Translations under genes and position numbers: made by a program
From: Fibrobacterales bacterium
GTDB taxonomy: Bacteria > Fibrobacterota > Fibrobacteria > Fibrobacterales > JAOPTW01
Assembly: GCA_051532055.1 (NCBI GenBank)
Contig: JAOPTX010000047.1
Coordinates: forward strand, 1 to 64,000
Length of the DNA: 64,000 nucleotides
Direction: 5' to 3'
Shown: positions 19,385 to 31,561 of the stretch, one piece after another
Position numbering within the stretch: the first letter of the stretch is position 1
Layout: each line of letters opens with the position of its first letter
Notes under the pieces: generated by a model
The model's database searches: none
Seen by the model: only the letters and a program-made list of their open reading frames with translations
Told to the model about the DNA's origin: nothing

Positions 19385-20227
19385 ATGACCGAATTTTCTA
19401 TTTATAATTATTGGAATAGTATTGATTTTTTGAATGACTGGTTTGCTCAAGAAAAAGTTAAGAATAATAAATTTTCTTTCCAATATTTTGCAAACAAGGC
19501 CGGGTTTAAATCACGTTCTTTTTTTGCAAATGTATTAGCAGGAAGAAGTAAATTATCAACAGATTCTTTACTTAAAATTGCGAAAGCAATGAATTTAGGA
19601 AAGCGGGAGACTCATTATTTAGAAGCACTCATTAATTATAATGCTACTAAAGATGATTCTCAAAAAGAATATTATCGAGATCAACTTCTTTATTTGAAAC
19701 CAATAAAAGAAGCTTATAATTTAGAGCGAGCTCATACGAAGTATCTCGATAGCTGGTATACTACCGCTGTTAGGGAGGTAATAATATATTTTCCTTTTAA
19801 TGATGATTTTAAAAAGTTAGGAAGCTATTTAAAGCCAGCAATTACAGTGAAACAAGCGAAAGATACCGTTCAGTTACTTTTAGATTTAAATCTTGTTACT
19901 CGTCATGAGACGGACACTGGTGTGATTTATAAGCAGACAGAATGTCACATAGATACGCCATCTCATTTGCCGAAATCACTTGCCATGAGAAATCATCAGA
20001 GAAAAGTTATAGAGCTTGGAGGGGAGGCAATTGAACGATTTGACAAAAAGGACCGAAATATTCGATGTGCAACCTTTTCATTGAATAGGGAGGGCAAAGA
20101 GTCGGTTAATAAACTGATTTTAGAATTTCAAAACAAGTTGGTAAAAATAGCATCAGATTTTGAAGATAACGCTGATGGCGTGTATCAAGCTAATGTACAA
20201 TTTTTTCCGTTGACGAGAGTGTTGTAA
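19385..20227 (+). CDS. TIGR02147-family protein
   Basis: FSFQYFANKAGFKSRS, WYTTAVRE, KPAITVKQAKDTVQLLLDLNL, VYQANVQFFPL; clear paralogue of 1113..1961. Confidence 0.88.
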   Translation: MTEFSIYNYWNSIDFLNDWFAQEKVKNNKFSFQYFANKAGFKSRSFFANVLAGRSKLSTDSLLKIAKAMNLGKRETHYLEALINYNATKDDSQKEYYRDQLLYLKPIKEAYNLERAHTKYLDSWYTTAVREVIIYFPFNDDFKKLGSYLKPAITVKQAKDTVQLLLDLNLVTRHETDTGVIYKQTECHIDTPSHLPKSLAMRNHQRKVIELGGEAIERFDKKDRNIRCATFSLNREGKESVNKLILEFQNKLVKIASDFEDNADGVYQANVQFFPLTRVL

Positions 20228-20340
20228 CTACCTGTCATCTGTTTTTTTACTTAGAGGTGATCTACCCAGTTAAGCTTGGTTGCTGGTCTTAGTTAAATCG
20301 AAATCGGAGGGTTTGAAATACTCGTGTTATACTTAAAAAC

Positions 20341-20370
20341 AAAAAAGCCGATCCAGTGGATCGGCTTTTT
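20341..20370. terminator. Bidirectional intrinsic terminator
   Basis: AAAAAAGCCGATCC-AGT-GGATCGGCTTTTT between convergent TIGR02147 gene and tRNA. Confidence 0.9.
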
Positions 20371-20378
20371 ATCAAGAG

Positions 20379-20451
20379 AGCGGGAGAAGGGATTCGAACC
20401 CTCGACCTCCACCTTGGCAAGGTGATGCTCTACCAACTGAGCTACTCTCGC
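20379..20451 (-). tRNA. tRNA-Gly (GCC), CCA not encoded
   Basis: GCGAGAGTAGCTCAGTTGGTAGAGCATCACCTTGCCAAGGTGGAGGTCGAGGGTTCGAATCCCTTCTCCCGCT. Confidence 0.97.
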
Positions 20452-20572
20452 TTGAGTGAGACAATTATAATTATTGCAGGGATTAACGTCAATAAAAAAT
20501 GTTAAAAAAATATGAAAAATATCAAATGTTTAGCCCTGAGGGTCATTGAGGGGCGATTCTATAGGGGCTGGA

Positions 20573-22573
<2,001 letters not shown>

Positions 22574-22610
22574 TTACCGTTCAAAAAGGTGTTATTTAGT
22601 ACATTAATCC

Positions 22611-23288
22611 TTGGAAAAATACATTTCGCAGGTAAATATGTCTCAGGTTAATGCACATTTTAGAGTCCTCGTTTTAACTATTACTCTTTTGGGGTCAGGT
22701 GCATTTGCACAAATGCTCGAAAGTGACGCAGAAGACCCATTCAAAAGTATCGATGATATCACGACTCCTGAGTATATTAAAAAAGAGGAAAAAGCTGATG
22801 TTATTGAGTTGGCTCCAGTCAATGAAAAAACTAAGTCGACATCAGCCCCCCAAGGAAATACTTCTCCAGAAATGAGCAGTAGAGTAACATTGGGTACTTA
22901 TATTGAGTTTGGAAATGATGCAGGCGGGCTTCATGCAACGTATGCCATTGATGATAAAAGTAGAACAGATCTCTATATAAGTACCGATTTTAAATCTATC
23001 ATGATTCAAGGTGGATATGCCATGATAAATAAAAATGTTATTAAATCGGGCAATGTAACAGGAGATTTGTATTGGGGCCCACAACTTGCTTTTGCTAAAG
23101 ATGAGTGGAACTCATATATTCGTGTTGGTCTCTTTGGTGGGGCAGCATTTAAAGTTTCTACTCTACCAGGGTATAGCTTTTTTATAAACTTAGAACCATC
23201 ATCAACATTTATTTTTCCGAGAGCAGGGTCAACAGATTTTGACCTGACGACCCATGCGCTCAAATTTGGTGTTCGTTACTTTTTATAA
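22611..23288 (+). CDS. Outer-membrane beta-barrel-like protein (ATG 22638 possible start)
   Basis: Signal peptide ending GAFA; C-terminal LKFGVRYFL barrel signal. Confidence 0.7.
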   Translation: MEKYISQVNMSQVNAHFRVLVLTITLLGSGAFAQMLESDAEDPFKSIDDITTPEYIKKEEKADVIELAPVNEKTKSTSAPQGNTSPEMSSRVTLGTYIEFGNDAGGLHATYAIDDKSRTDLYISTDFKSIMIQGGYAMINKNVIKSGNVTGDLYWGPQLAFAKDEWNSYIRVGLFGGAAFKVSTLPGYSFFINLEPSSTFIFPRAGSTDFDLTTHALKFGVRYFL

Positions 23289-25087
23289 AAGGTAACCAAT
23301 TTGTCAAAAAGTTTATTGATCTTAATTCCATCAGCAGTAGGGGTGTCAGTAAGTCGATACTCTCTATTATCTAGTGGGCTTCTGAGTGAGCCCACAACAG
23401 GGCTTCCCGGTATTTGAACGAGGTGCCCAGCACCATCAATTATAGTGTGAATAAAGCGAGTTGAATCTCCTTGGACAACAAGTGCCTGAGCCATTTCTGT
23501 ACTATTCCAAAAGGGGTCATTGGTTCCTGAGGCAAGAAGGAGTTCACCGGTTATAGTGTGCGCGGGAATGCGAGCCTCTGCGGCAGCAGCTGTATTTGCA
23601 TAATTAAATGAGTGCCAGTTCATTGCTCTATAGGGGGATTCCCAGAGCATTTTTTCAAAATCTTCCATGACATTATTCGGTAAAAAAGAGACAGGAGTCC
23701 CATTGAGAGAGAGTGTTGAAAATTTTCGATAGGTCTCATTCATTCCACTCCCCATCCACGTCACTGATGTTGGTGATAAAAGAGCAACCTTTTTTATACT
23801 ATTAAATTGACTTGTATGGAAAAGAAGGGCTTCACTCCCTCGACCAATTGCAAATCCAGAAATACCTCGATCTTGTAAACCAGGAGTTTGGTTATAGAGT
23901 GGTTTAATTTTTTGTGCTAAATAGTCGATGCCTTTTGATAGAGATGTCATAGGTATCTCTTTGAGTGAATCGGTGTAGAGTGTTTGACAGAACACCATGA
24001 AACCTTGTGATGCAAAGAGTTTTGCATATCCAGCGGTGAGAGGGGTGAACTCTGAAGCTATCATATAAATCGCACCATGAACAATTGGTTGAGTTGTTGT
24101 GTAGAGCGTGCCTTGGAGGGTACTCTCATTTACTGTTTGAATGGTGACCATATTGGGATTATTCAGAGGAACTATCGCCGAGGCAGCAATAGCACGACCT
24201 CTGAGGAGAGAAATGGTGAGAGAACAGTTTGGTGTTGGTTCAAAGTAACGGTCAATTCTATAGTGACCTGTAGGGCGCGCCGTTTGCCAAATTGTGGCGA
24301 GGGTGGGTACTGAGAGAGTACCAGTAGAATCGGTAACTTCCGTTCGTTTTGCAGTCCACAGTGAGCCAAAACGATCAAGAGTTGAAAGTGAAAGAGTGAT
24401 AGTCTCACCAGCAGTTGCTCCATTGACAACGAGTGGACTCTCTATTGTTGAAGGTGCATGAGGTATGGTTAACGATGGTGCTAAAATTGGTGATTTTGTC
24501 GAGTCATGGCCTAGTTCGGAAGGTGTAAACGTTCCCTTAGGTGTACGGTATTTTTTCATGGTAACCGAAAAATCACGTTTACCATTATTAAAGGTACCAT
24601 TGAGCAGTGTAGGGTTTGCAGGATCGACTCTAAAACTATAGGTACCAGTTGTAGTTATCCATTCAATGGTATAGGCATCAATGACCTTGGGTTCAACAAT
24701 ACCGTATCCGGCTTTTATAACACCAATTTTTTTATTCTCACCCCAGCTATAGAGTACTTGAGCGGTTGAGTCATTAATAGATTCGATCACAGTGGTTGCT
24801 GTAAGAGCATAGCCCATCATTTCGGCAACACCGCCGCCCCATACTCCTTGCCAAACACCTGAAAAGAGTGAAATGGCTTTTTTTGAAAGGCTTGTAGGTG
24901 TTTCAATGACAAGTGGAGCAGGAAGAGGGGTTACACTCGGGAGTTCTGGGAGTGAGTCATTAATTGGTATAATGATATCTCGTTGTTGTGTTTCTTGATT
25001 TTTAACGACGGGTTGAGATGCACTACAGGATAAAAGGCAGTAAAGAAGGCCGAGTAATGTAATGAGGGGAAATAAATATAAACGCAC
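23276..25087 (-). CDS. Lipoprotein with acyl-CoA thioesterase/BAAT-like alpha/beta-hydrolase domain
   Basis: Lipobox LLSC; ARIPAHTITGELLLASGTNDPFWNS, GAGH. Confidence 0.75.
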   Translation of the reverse strand: MRLYLFPLITLLGLLYCLLSCSASQPVVKNQETQQRDIIIPINDSLPELPSVTPLPAPLVIETPTSLSKKAISLFSGVWQGVWGGGVAEMMGYALTATTVIESINDSTAQVLYSWGENKKIGVIKAGYGIVEPKVIDAYTIEWITTTGTYSFRVDPANPTLLNGTFNNGKRDFSVTMKKYRTPKGTFTPSELGHDSTKSPILAPSLTIPHAPSTIESPLVVNGATAGETITLSLSTLDRFGSLWTAKRTEVTDSTGTLSVPTLATIWQTARPTGHYRIDRYFEPTPNCSLTISLLRGRAIAASAIVPLNNPNMVTIQTVNESTLQGTLYTTTQPIVHGAIYMIASEFTPLTAGYAKLFASQGFMVFCQTLYTDSLKEIPMTSLSKGIDYLAQKIKPLYNQTPGLQDRGISGFAIGRGSEALLFHTSQFNSIKKVALLSPTSVTWMGSGMNETYRKFSTLSLNGTPVSFLPNNVMEDFEKMLWESPYRAMNWHSFNYANTAAAAEARIPAHTITGELLLASGTNDPFWNSTEMAQALVVQGDSTRFIHTIIDGAGHLVQIPGSPVVGSLRSPLDNREYRLTDTPTADGIKINKLFDKLVTFYKK

Positions 25088-25161
25088 AATAAATCCAATT
25101 GTTTAAGGAGTGCGTACAATATAAAAATTGTGAGGTGTTTAGTAAGCCCTAAGAGGCTTGC

Positions 25162-25443
25162 TTAGTCTGCTCGCATAATAATTTGGATTAAATGGTACCC
25201 AAATTCGGTTTTAATGGGACCATGAACAGGTCCAACTGGCTGTTTAAACACTATTTCATCAAATTCTGGAACCATATCTCCAGGGCTAAACATACCCAGG
25301 TCTCCTCCAGATTGACCCGAAGGGCAGGTTGAAAATTGAGTAGCAATCTCTTCGAAGTCCGCTCCTGCCTCAATCTGTTGTTTTATTTCATGGCACCGAT
25401 CTTTATAGGGTACTAGAATATGACGAGCTCTGGCCATTGCCAT
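25162..25443 (-). CDS. ppiC: Parvulin peptidyl-prolyl isomerase
   Basis: ARHILV, STCPSGQSGGDLG, MVPEFD, KTEFGYHLI. Confidence 0.95.
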   Translation of the reverse strand: MAMARARHILVPYKDRCHEIKQQIEAGADFEEIATQFSTCPSGQSGGDLGMFSPGDMVPEFDEIVFKQPVGPVHGPIKTEFGYHLIQIIMRAD

Positions 25444-25664
25444 AGGCGCTCTCCTGAATGTACACTCAACACAGATGAATGTAAGGATTTACTTCACCAT
25501 TTAATATAATCATTCATATGACCAAAAGCAAATAGTAGAGCCTAAAGTGAGGTATTTTGTGCCTTAGGGAGAGGAATTCCTTACCCTTTCTTTAAGGTTT
25601 ACTTCATAGAATACTCAAAAATGGCCAAATTGGATGCTAGAGTGTGTTTTTTTTGAGAGATCCA

Positions 25665-25685
25665 TTGGCATATATATCGCTTTTA
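25665..25685 (+). promoter_or_regulatory. Putative sigma54 promoter of the giant repeat protein
   Basis: TTGGCATATATATCGCT; GG (25667-68) and GC (25679-80) at exact -24/-12 spacing. Confidence 0.65.
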
Positions 25686-25715
25686 TAGAATAGGATACTC
25701 TCATTTAGGTTTAAA

Positions 25716-28700
25716 ATGAAAGAGAAATTGAGCAGCTTTTTGAGGATGATACTACTTATACTGTGTGTACTTGTGGCGAGTACGGATATTTTTGCAGCAA
25801 CTCCAACAAGCAGAGATACCGCAATTTCCGTGGTAGAAGACTCTCTCTATACCTTCAATTCAACAGATATCTTCTATGAAGATGGTGATAGTGACCCGAT
25901 AAAAGGGGTAGTATTTGTGAGCACAGCACAAAGTGGAGTTGTGACCTATGCGGGGGATGAACTTGAGGCAGCGGAAGAAGTTGCGGATCTGACACAACTC
26001 ATTTACACTCCTGTATCTGATGTGTCGGGGCAAAAAAGTGACACGTTAACTTTTAGAGTGATTGATAGTAATGATGATGTGAGTGATTCGACCTATTCCC
26101 TCTATATTGATATTGAAGCACGAGCAGATAGTAGTTCGGTACGCGACCTCATGATGAGCCTTTCAGAAGATGGCTATCGTTACCTTTCAAGTGACTCTAT
26201 AGAAGGTGCTTTTGATGATCCAGACGGTGATACACCTGCGGGCGTTATACTAACCGATATTCCTGTGGACCTTACTGTGATTTTTGGGGCAGATACGCTC
26301 GCAACTGGGGATACCGTATTTATTGGACAGATACCATCGGTATTTGTAATGCCTAAAAATAATTGGCATGGAGTGGCCTCTATTGGTTGGACTGCTTTTG
26401 ATGATTCCCTTCCTGCAATTGATAGTGCATGGATCCAGTATACTGTTACCTCGCAGAATGATGCGCCTTATGGCGTACTTTCGGTTACCGCTGATACCGT
26501 TGTGGAGGATAGTCACTATAGCAGCTTTGTTATTGATTCTATCAACCCTCAAGATAGTGGAGAGGGGCAGACAATCATTGATGTCCATGCGGTTTCAGGG
26601 GATTCAACTAAGGTACGTGATATAGAGGCGGCTTGGCTTCCTGACGAAAATAAAGTTATTGTACAGTATAAACCTGAGCCCGATCAATGGGGGACTGTAG
26701 CTCTTTCCGTTATAATCAAAGATGATGGTGGTATTGAAAATGGGGGGTATGATACACTGAAGGCTACTGTAGTTCTCTTTATTGAACCGGAACAAGACAT
26801 CCCTATTGGTATGGATTCATTAGTAACTTTTTACGAAGATGTTCCCCACCTATTCAAAAGAAGTGATTTCTCATATCATGATCTCGATGGGGAGGCATTG
26901 ACTGCCGTTCGAATAACCACAGTGCCGAATAAGGGAGACTTCTTTTACGATGCGAATGAAAATGGGAGTATGGAACCATTAGAAAAATTACATGTAGGGG
27001 CAACACTCTATCCAGAAGATTTTGTTGATCTTCGTGTGACTTATAGTGGTAATATTAATGAACATGGGGATGCCTATACAACATTAGAGTATCGGGTATC
27101 GGATGGAATTGATTATAGTGAACCTATAGACCTTACTATTAGTTTATTACCAGTGAACGATGCACCACAAGTAGTAACGAATCCTATTACAGAAGGGGTA
27201 TACGCTGTTGGAGAGGTTATCACTGGAGTAAATGGCACATGGAGTGATTCAATTGATAGTGACACAACAACTATTGAGTATAGTTATCAGTGGTTTCTAA
27301 CAGATGATACTCTCGGTTCAGTTATTGATACACTTACATTGAATGAAGATACTTACACGGTATCATTATACGATGTGGGCCGTTCTTTGAGCTTTGGAGT
27401 GTATGCTTGGGATAATGGTGTTGGGTTGGGGACACCTTATACCATGGTGAGAAGCGATTGGAAGCTTATTGAAAACTTTGCACCAACCATTTCGGAAGGT
27501 CTTCTTATTACGGCACCAGCAATGTCTGAAGATGCTGACCCAGAACCATTTGATTTGACACTTAATGGTGTTGATAAAAATGGTGATGTAGTATTGTGGC
27601 GTATTGCGCAAGAACCATATCATGGAACTCTTGCGTTAGACATTCAAGGAGATAGTGCAGCCTTACTCTATGTACCTGTTGAAAATTATTCTGGTAGTGA
27701 TTTTTTTGAAATTGCAGTCTTTGACGCACATGGTGCAGAGAGTGTGAGTAAGGTTACTGTTCAAATTGAGCCGGTAGCTGATCTCCCAACTTTTACTTCG
27801 ATTGATACAATAGTTCAGGTGAATGAAGACAGAGAAAAAACACTGTGGCTACATGCCTTTGATGGCGATGATGATGAAATTGAGTGGGAAATAAACAGGC
27901 AAGGGAGTATGGGGGTTGCAAGAGTAAGTGGCACCGGTACGACAAAAGCGGTTTATTATTTACCTAACCAAGATACCACTGGTGTTGATTCTTTTAGTGT
28001 CGCTATTTTTAATTCCAAAGGGAAAGATACCCTTTGGATTCGTACAGACATAACGTTTGTTGACGATGCCCCTGTTATTACTGAAGGTGATACCGTTGAA
28101 ATAACTATTGATGAGGATGGCTCACCCCGAGGGTTTGCGTTAACTCTCAATGCAATTGATGATACTCCAGGATTACTGACGTGGCGTCTTGCTCAACCTG
28201 CAAAAAAGGGGAGTGCACTCGTACATGGTACGGGGAATGCAAAGAATGTATCCTATACTCCAATGGATAATGTCGTTGGTGATGATAGTTTTGTTGTTTC
28301 GGTAACTGATGGCATAGGTTTACATTCAAGTATTGTTGTCCTTGTCCATATAGCACCAGTCAATGATGCGCCTCGAATTGATCCTATGCTAAGTATTAAA
28401 AGTGATGAGGATGTTGCATTTAGTACACTAGTACTGGACAATTACGTATCTGATCATGATAATAGTGATCGAGAGCTCATGTGGCAGGCTATTGATGGTG
28501 CGAATGTAATAGCAACTGTCGCTTCAAATAGAGTACTGACCCTAGCACCACTTAATGAACATTGGCATGGAACAGATAGCATTACTCTTATTGTCAATGA
28601 TGGAGTAGGAGGGGCAGATACAACACAAGTTGAAATAATTGTGCATTCGGTTAATGATGCACCAATCTATGATAAGGAACCAATTGTATTGGGAGCCCAC

Positions 28701-31514
28701 GAACCAGGAGAACTTCTTACAATGGATGTGGGCATATGGAATGATTCTGCAGATAATGCAACAGAATTTCTTACAATTTCCCACATATGGCAGAAGAGTG
28801 ATAACCCCTATGGTGCTAATATAATTGATTTAGGAGATGCTTCTGAACTGAATCTTACAGAAAATGAAAGAAACTGGTATGTCCGTACAATAGTCTCGGT
28901 AATGGATAATGCAGAACCTTCTGCGACAACCCTCTATAGGACCACATGGAAAAAAATTAACACCCCACCATCCCGTATTGGGGGGCTCGATACCCTGATG
29001 CTTCATGAAGATGACTCATTGACCTTAGTGGCCCTCAGCAGCTATTATACTGACCCCGATGATGATCTCAATGAAATGAATATTCATGTGATATCACATG
29101 ACCATCAGAACCTTGCAATGGTTCAAGTACATAGTAGTACTCTTTCTATTATTCCTCAGGATAATATCTTTGGGGAAGCTCCGCTTGTAGTACAAGTTGT
29201 GTCAGGGGGTGATACGCTTATGGATACATTACACTTAGTTGTGGAGCCGGTTGATGATGCACCGACACCAGTTGGTTCATATGCGAGCATGCAACGCCTT
29301 GAAGAGAGCGCTTCAGATACCATAGTTCTTACTGGTTCGTTTCTTGATATTGATTCTGACACCATTGCATACTCATTCTCTTTAAATACCGATAGTGTGA
29401 TTTCAGTTGTACAACATGGGGACACCTTGATTATTGATTATTTAGTGGATCGTTACGGCGTTACTGAGGTGACTATTATGGCAACTGCTGATGGGCAGAC
29501 TCGTGATGCACTGATAGTAGTTCGGGTGATTCCTGTTGATGACGCTATTGTTGCTCTTGATACCATTTCTGATAGAACAGTGATGGAGGATGCTGCTTCT
29601 ATTGTTATTCCATTATCTGACTATTTTTATAATCCTGATAATGTTACTTTTGCCTATGGAGTAAGTGGATGTAGTGGTGAGCTTCTTCAATGTACCGTTG
29701 TAGGTGATACATTAATAGTGACCCCAGTGCCTGATGCATGGGGGACTCAAAAAGTAATTGTTAGGGCCGGGGATATAAGTGATGATTTTTCTGTTACGGT
29801 AACGGCTGTTGATGATGCCCCTCGGGCGCTGTTTGGTGGTGATACCTTATTGGTATACGAAGACCGTGTCCCTATGGCATTGGCATTGGCTGATCTCTAT
29901 ACCGATCCAGATTCTGAAAGTGTAATAATGAGTGCAACGGTTCAATCATCCACTACTCTTATAACGGCAATTACTCATGGAGATTCTATGACCCTCACAT
30001 TTACACCTGAAGAGTCGGGATTTGGATACCTCTATGTTGCAGTAACATCTGCGGGGGCCTCTCTATTAGATACTATTCCTATAACGGTTATGTCTGTCGA
30101 TGATCCTGTAGTGGCAATCAGATCATTGGATACTCTGTATACTGAAGAGGATAGTGGTACACTTTCTGTGTCACTCATTGACCTGTTTGTTGATATTGAT
30201 TCGCCTATGGAAGAAATGATCTATACCGTTTCATTTGGAGGCGTTGTTGGGGTGAGTGCAGAAGTGACTGGTGACTTATTATCACTTACTCCAATGGAAA
30301 ATTATTTTGGTACTACTGTTGTTCAAATAGGAGTAGAAGGTAGTCCAGGCGTATCTGTTGAACAAGTTGTTGTAGTGAGTCCTGTTAATGATACCCCACA
30401 ATTAGATGATGTAAAGATAGAGGTGAGTGAAGATATTAAAGTAAAAGCAGTAATTAGTCGCTTGAGTGCATTTGACCCTGATGGAGATGTGCTGTCTTGG
30501 GAGATTCTCGATCCATTAAGTCAGGTTGCTTTATATAGTGGTACTGACCTACTCTATATTGCAGAACCACTCGATATCGCCGATGGTCTCGTTCACGATT
30601 TTAGAGTTGCAGTTTTTGACTCTCTCAGTAGTGATACTGCAATTGTGACACTTTTTGTTAAACGTACAAATAATGCACCTATTGCACACGATACAGTATT
30701 CACTATATCCAATTCCACCGACCGATATGCACAAGTTGGAACGGTTGTATCAAATGATATTGATAATGACGCCCTCTCGTATCGTATTGTGGGATCAGAT
30801 GCATTTATTGTTGGCCTCAATGGCTCAATTAAATCGAATAGACCTCTTTCGGATTCAGATGTGTATACATTTGGTGTTGAGGTCCGGGATGCGTTTCGAG
30901 CTGATACCGCTTTTGTTACTCTGCATATTAAAGATACCACCGTTCAAGTTGTAATCAATGATACGGTAATAGTTAAGGATACGATCCCGGTACTCGTAGA
31001 TACCTTGAATACAGAAGTGATGAGTGCTTTTGTGACAAAACGGGAGTCGATCTCGATCTTTGATACCTTAAGTTTTGGGGCTGTGGTCACAGAATTCCCT
31101 AACATTGAAGAAAGTGATAGTGTGCATGTCAAAGGGCTTGGTCAGATGTTTGTCGAGAGAGAGGGTGATGTGGTACTCGTTGGAACGCTCCAATTTGGTG
31201 AGATTTACACTTTAGAATGCACCTACTTTACTGCAGATACTACGCTTATCTTTTCGAAAGAGATTCGAGTAAGAAGAGCTGTAGCACAGCCTCAAATAGC
31301 AGATATATTTGAGAACCGTAGAGATTATTTGCTAAAACCAATACATGTATTTGTGACAAAAGGAACAGAGATTGTTCTCAAAAATAATCCTCATATAGTG
31401 GATATTTATGCAATTACAGGTAAAAAGGTGAAAACAGTTGCAGTTGTTGGTAAAGATCGGTATACTATATCTGATGATGTATCTCCTGGGATCTATGTTG
31501 TTATATTGCATTGA
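25716..31514 (+). CDS. 1932-aa secreted cadherin-like/tandem-95 Ig-repeat protein with T9SS-like C-terminal tail
   Basis: Signal peptide; repeated VNDAP/VDDAP, xED and DxDGD motifs; tail DIYAITGKKV...PGIYVV. Confidence 0.88.
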   Translation: MKEKLSSFLRMILLILCVLVASTDIFAATPTSRDTAISVVEDSLYTFNSTDIFYEDGDSDPIKGVVFVSTAQSGVVTYAGDELEAAEEVADLTQLIYTPVSDVSGQKSDTLTFRVIDSNDDVSDSTYSLYIDIEARADSSSVRDLMMSLSEDGYRYLSSDSIEGAFDDPDGDTPAGVILTDIPVDLTVIFGADTLATGDTVFIGQIPSVFVMPKNNWHGVASIGWTAFDDSLPAIDSAWIQYTVTSQNDAPYGVLSVTADTVVEDSHYSSFVIDSINPQDSGEGQTIIDVHAVSGDSTKVRDIEAAWLPDENKVIVQYKPEPDQWGTVALSVIIKDDGGIENGGYDTLKATVVLFIEPEQDIPIGMDSLVTFYEDVPHLFKRSDFSYHDLDGEALTAVRITTVPNKGDFFYDANENGSMEPLEKLHVGATLYPEDFVDLRVTYSGNINEHGDAYTTLEYRVSDGIDYSEPIDLTISLLPVNDAPQVVTNPITEGVYAVGEVITGVNGTWSDSIDSDTTTIEYSYQWFLTDDTLGSVIDTLTLNEDTYTVSLYDVGRSLSFGVYAWDNGVGLGTPYTMVRSDWKLIENFAPTISEGLLITAPAMSEDADPEPFDLTLNGVDKNGDVVLWRIAQEPYHGTLALDIQGDSAALLYVPVENYSGSDFFEIAVFDAHGAESVSKVTVQIEPVADLPTFTSIDTIVQVNEDREKTLWLHAFDGDDDEIEWEINRQGSMGVARVSGTGTTKAVYYLPNQDTTGVDSFSVAIFNSKGKDTLWIRTDITFVDDAPVITEGDTVEITIDEDGSPRGFALTLNAIDDTPGLLTWRLAQPAKKGSALVHGTGNAKNVSYTPMDNVVGDDSFVVSVTDGIGLHSSIVVLVHIAPVNDAPRIDPMLSIKSDEDVAFSTLVLDNYVSDHDNSDRELMWQAIDGANVIATVASNRVLTLAPLNEHWHGTDSITLIVNDGVGGADTTQVEIIVHSVNDAPIYDKEPIVLGAHEPGELLTMDVGIWNDSADNATEFLTISHIWQKSDNPYGANIIDLGDASELNLTENERNWYVRTIVSVMDNAEPSATTLYRTTWKKINTPPSRIGGLDTLMLHEDDSLTLVALSSYYTDPDDDLNEMNIHVISHDHQNLAMVQVHSSTLSIIPQDNIFGEAPLVVQVVSGGDTLMDTLHLVVEPVDDAPTPVGSYASMQRLEESASDTIVLTGSFLDIDSDTIAYSFSLNTDSVISVVQHGDTLIIDYLVDRYGVTEVTIMATADGQTRDALIVVRVIPVDDAIVALDTISDRTVMEDAASIVIPLSDYFYNPDNVTFAYGVSGCSGELLQCTVVGDTLIVTPVPDAWGTQKVIVRAGDISDDFSVTVTAVDDAPRALFGGDTLLVYEDRVPMALALADLYTDPDSESVIMSATVQSSTTLITAITHGDSMTLTFTPEESGFGYLYVAVTSAGASLLDTIPITVMSVDDPVVAIRSLDTLYTEEDSGTLSVSLIDLFVDIDSPMEEMIYTVSFGGVVGVSAEVTGDLLSLTPMENYFGTTVVQIGVEGSPGVSVEQVVVVSPVNDTPQLDDVKIEVSEDIKVKAVISRLSAFDPDGDVLSWEILDPLSQVALYSGTDLLYIAEPLDIADGLVHDFRVAVFDSLSSDTAIVTLFVKRTNNAPIAHDTVFTISNSTDRYAQVGTVVSNDIDNDALSYRIVGSDAFIVGLNGSIKSNRPLSDSDVYTFGVEVRDAFRADTAFVTLHIKDTTVQVVINDTVIVKDTIPVLVDTLNTEVMSAFVTKRESISIFDTLSFGAVVTEFPNIEESDSVHVKGLGQMFVEREGDVVLVGTLQFGEIYTLECTYFTADTTLIFSKEIRVRRAVAQPQIADIFENRRDYLLKPIHVFVTKGTEIVLKNNPHIVDIYAITGKKVKTVAVVGKDRYTISDDVSPGIYVVILH

Positions 31515-31561
31515 GGCTCAATGTAAGTGACACTAAGGTTGCAGGCTATTGAAGGGTAGTT

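Noticed and set aside
20306..20325. T-arm-like GAGGGTTTGAAATACTC as a tRNA fragment or att site
   Set aside because: Poor match, opposite orientation to tRNA-Gly, no integrase nearby
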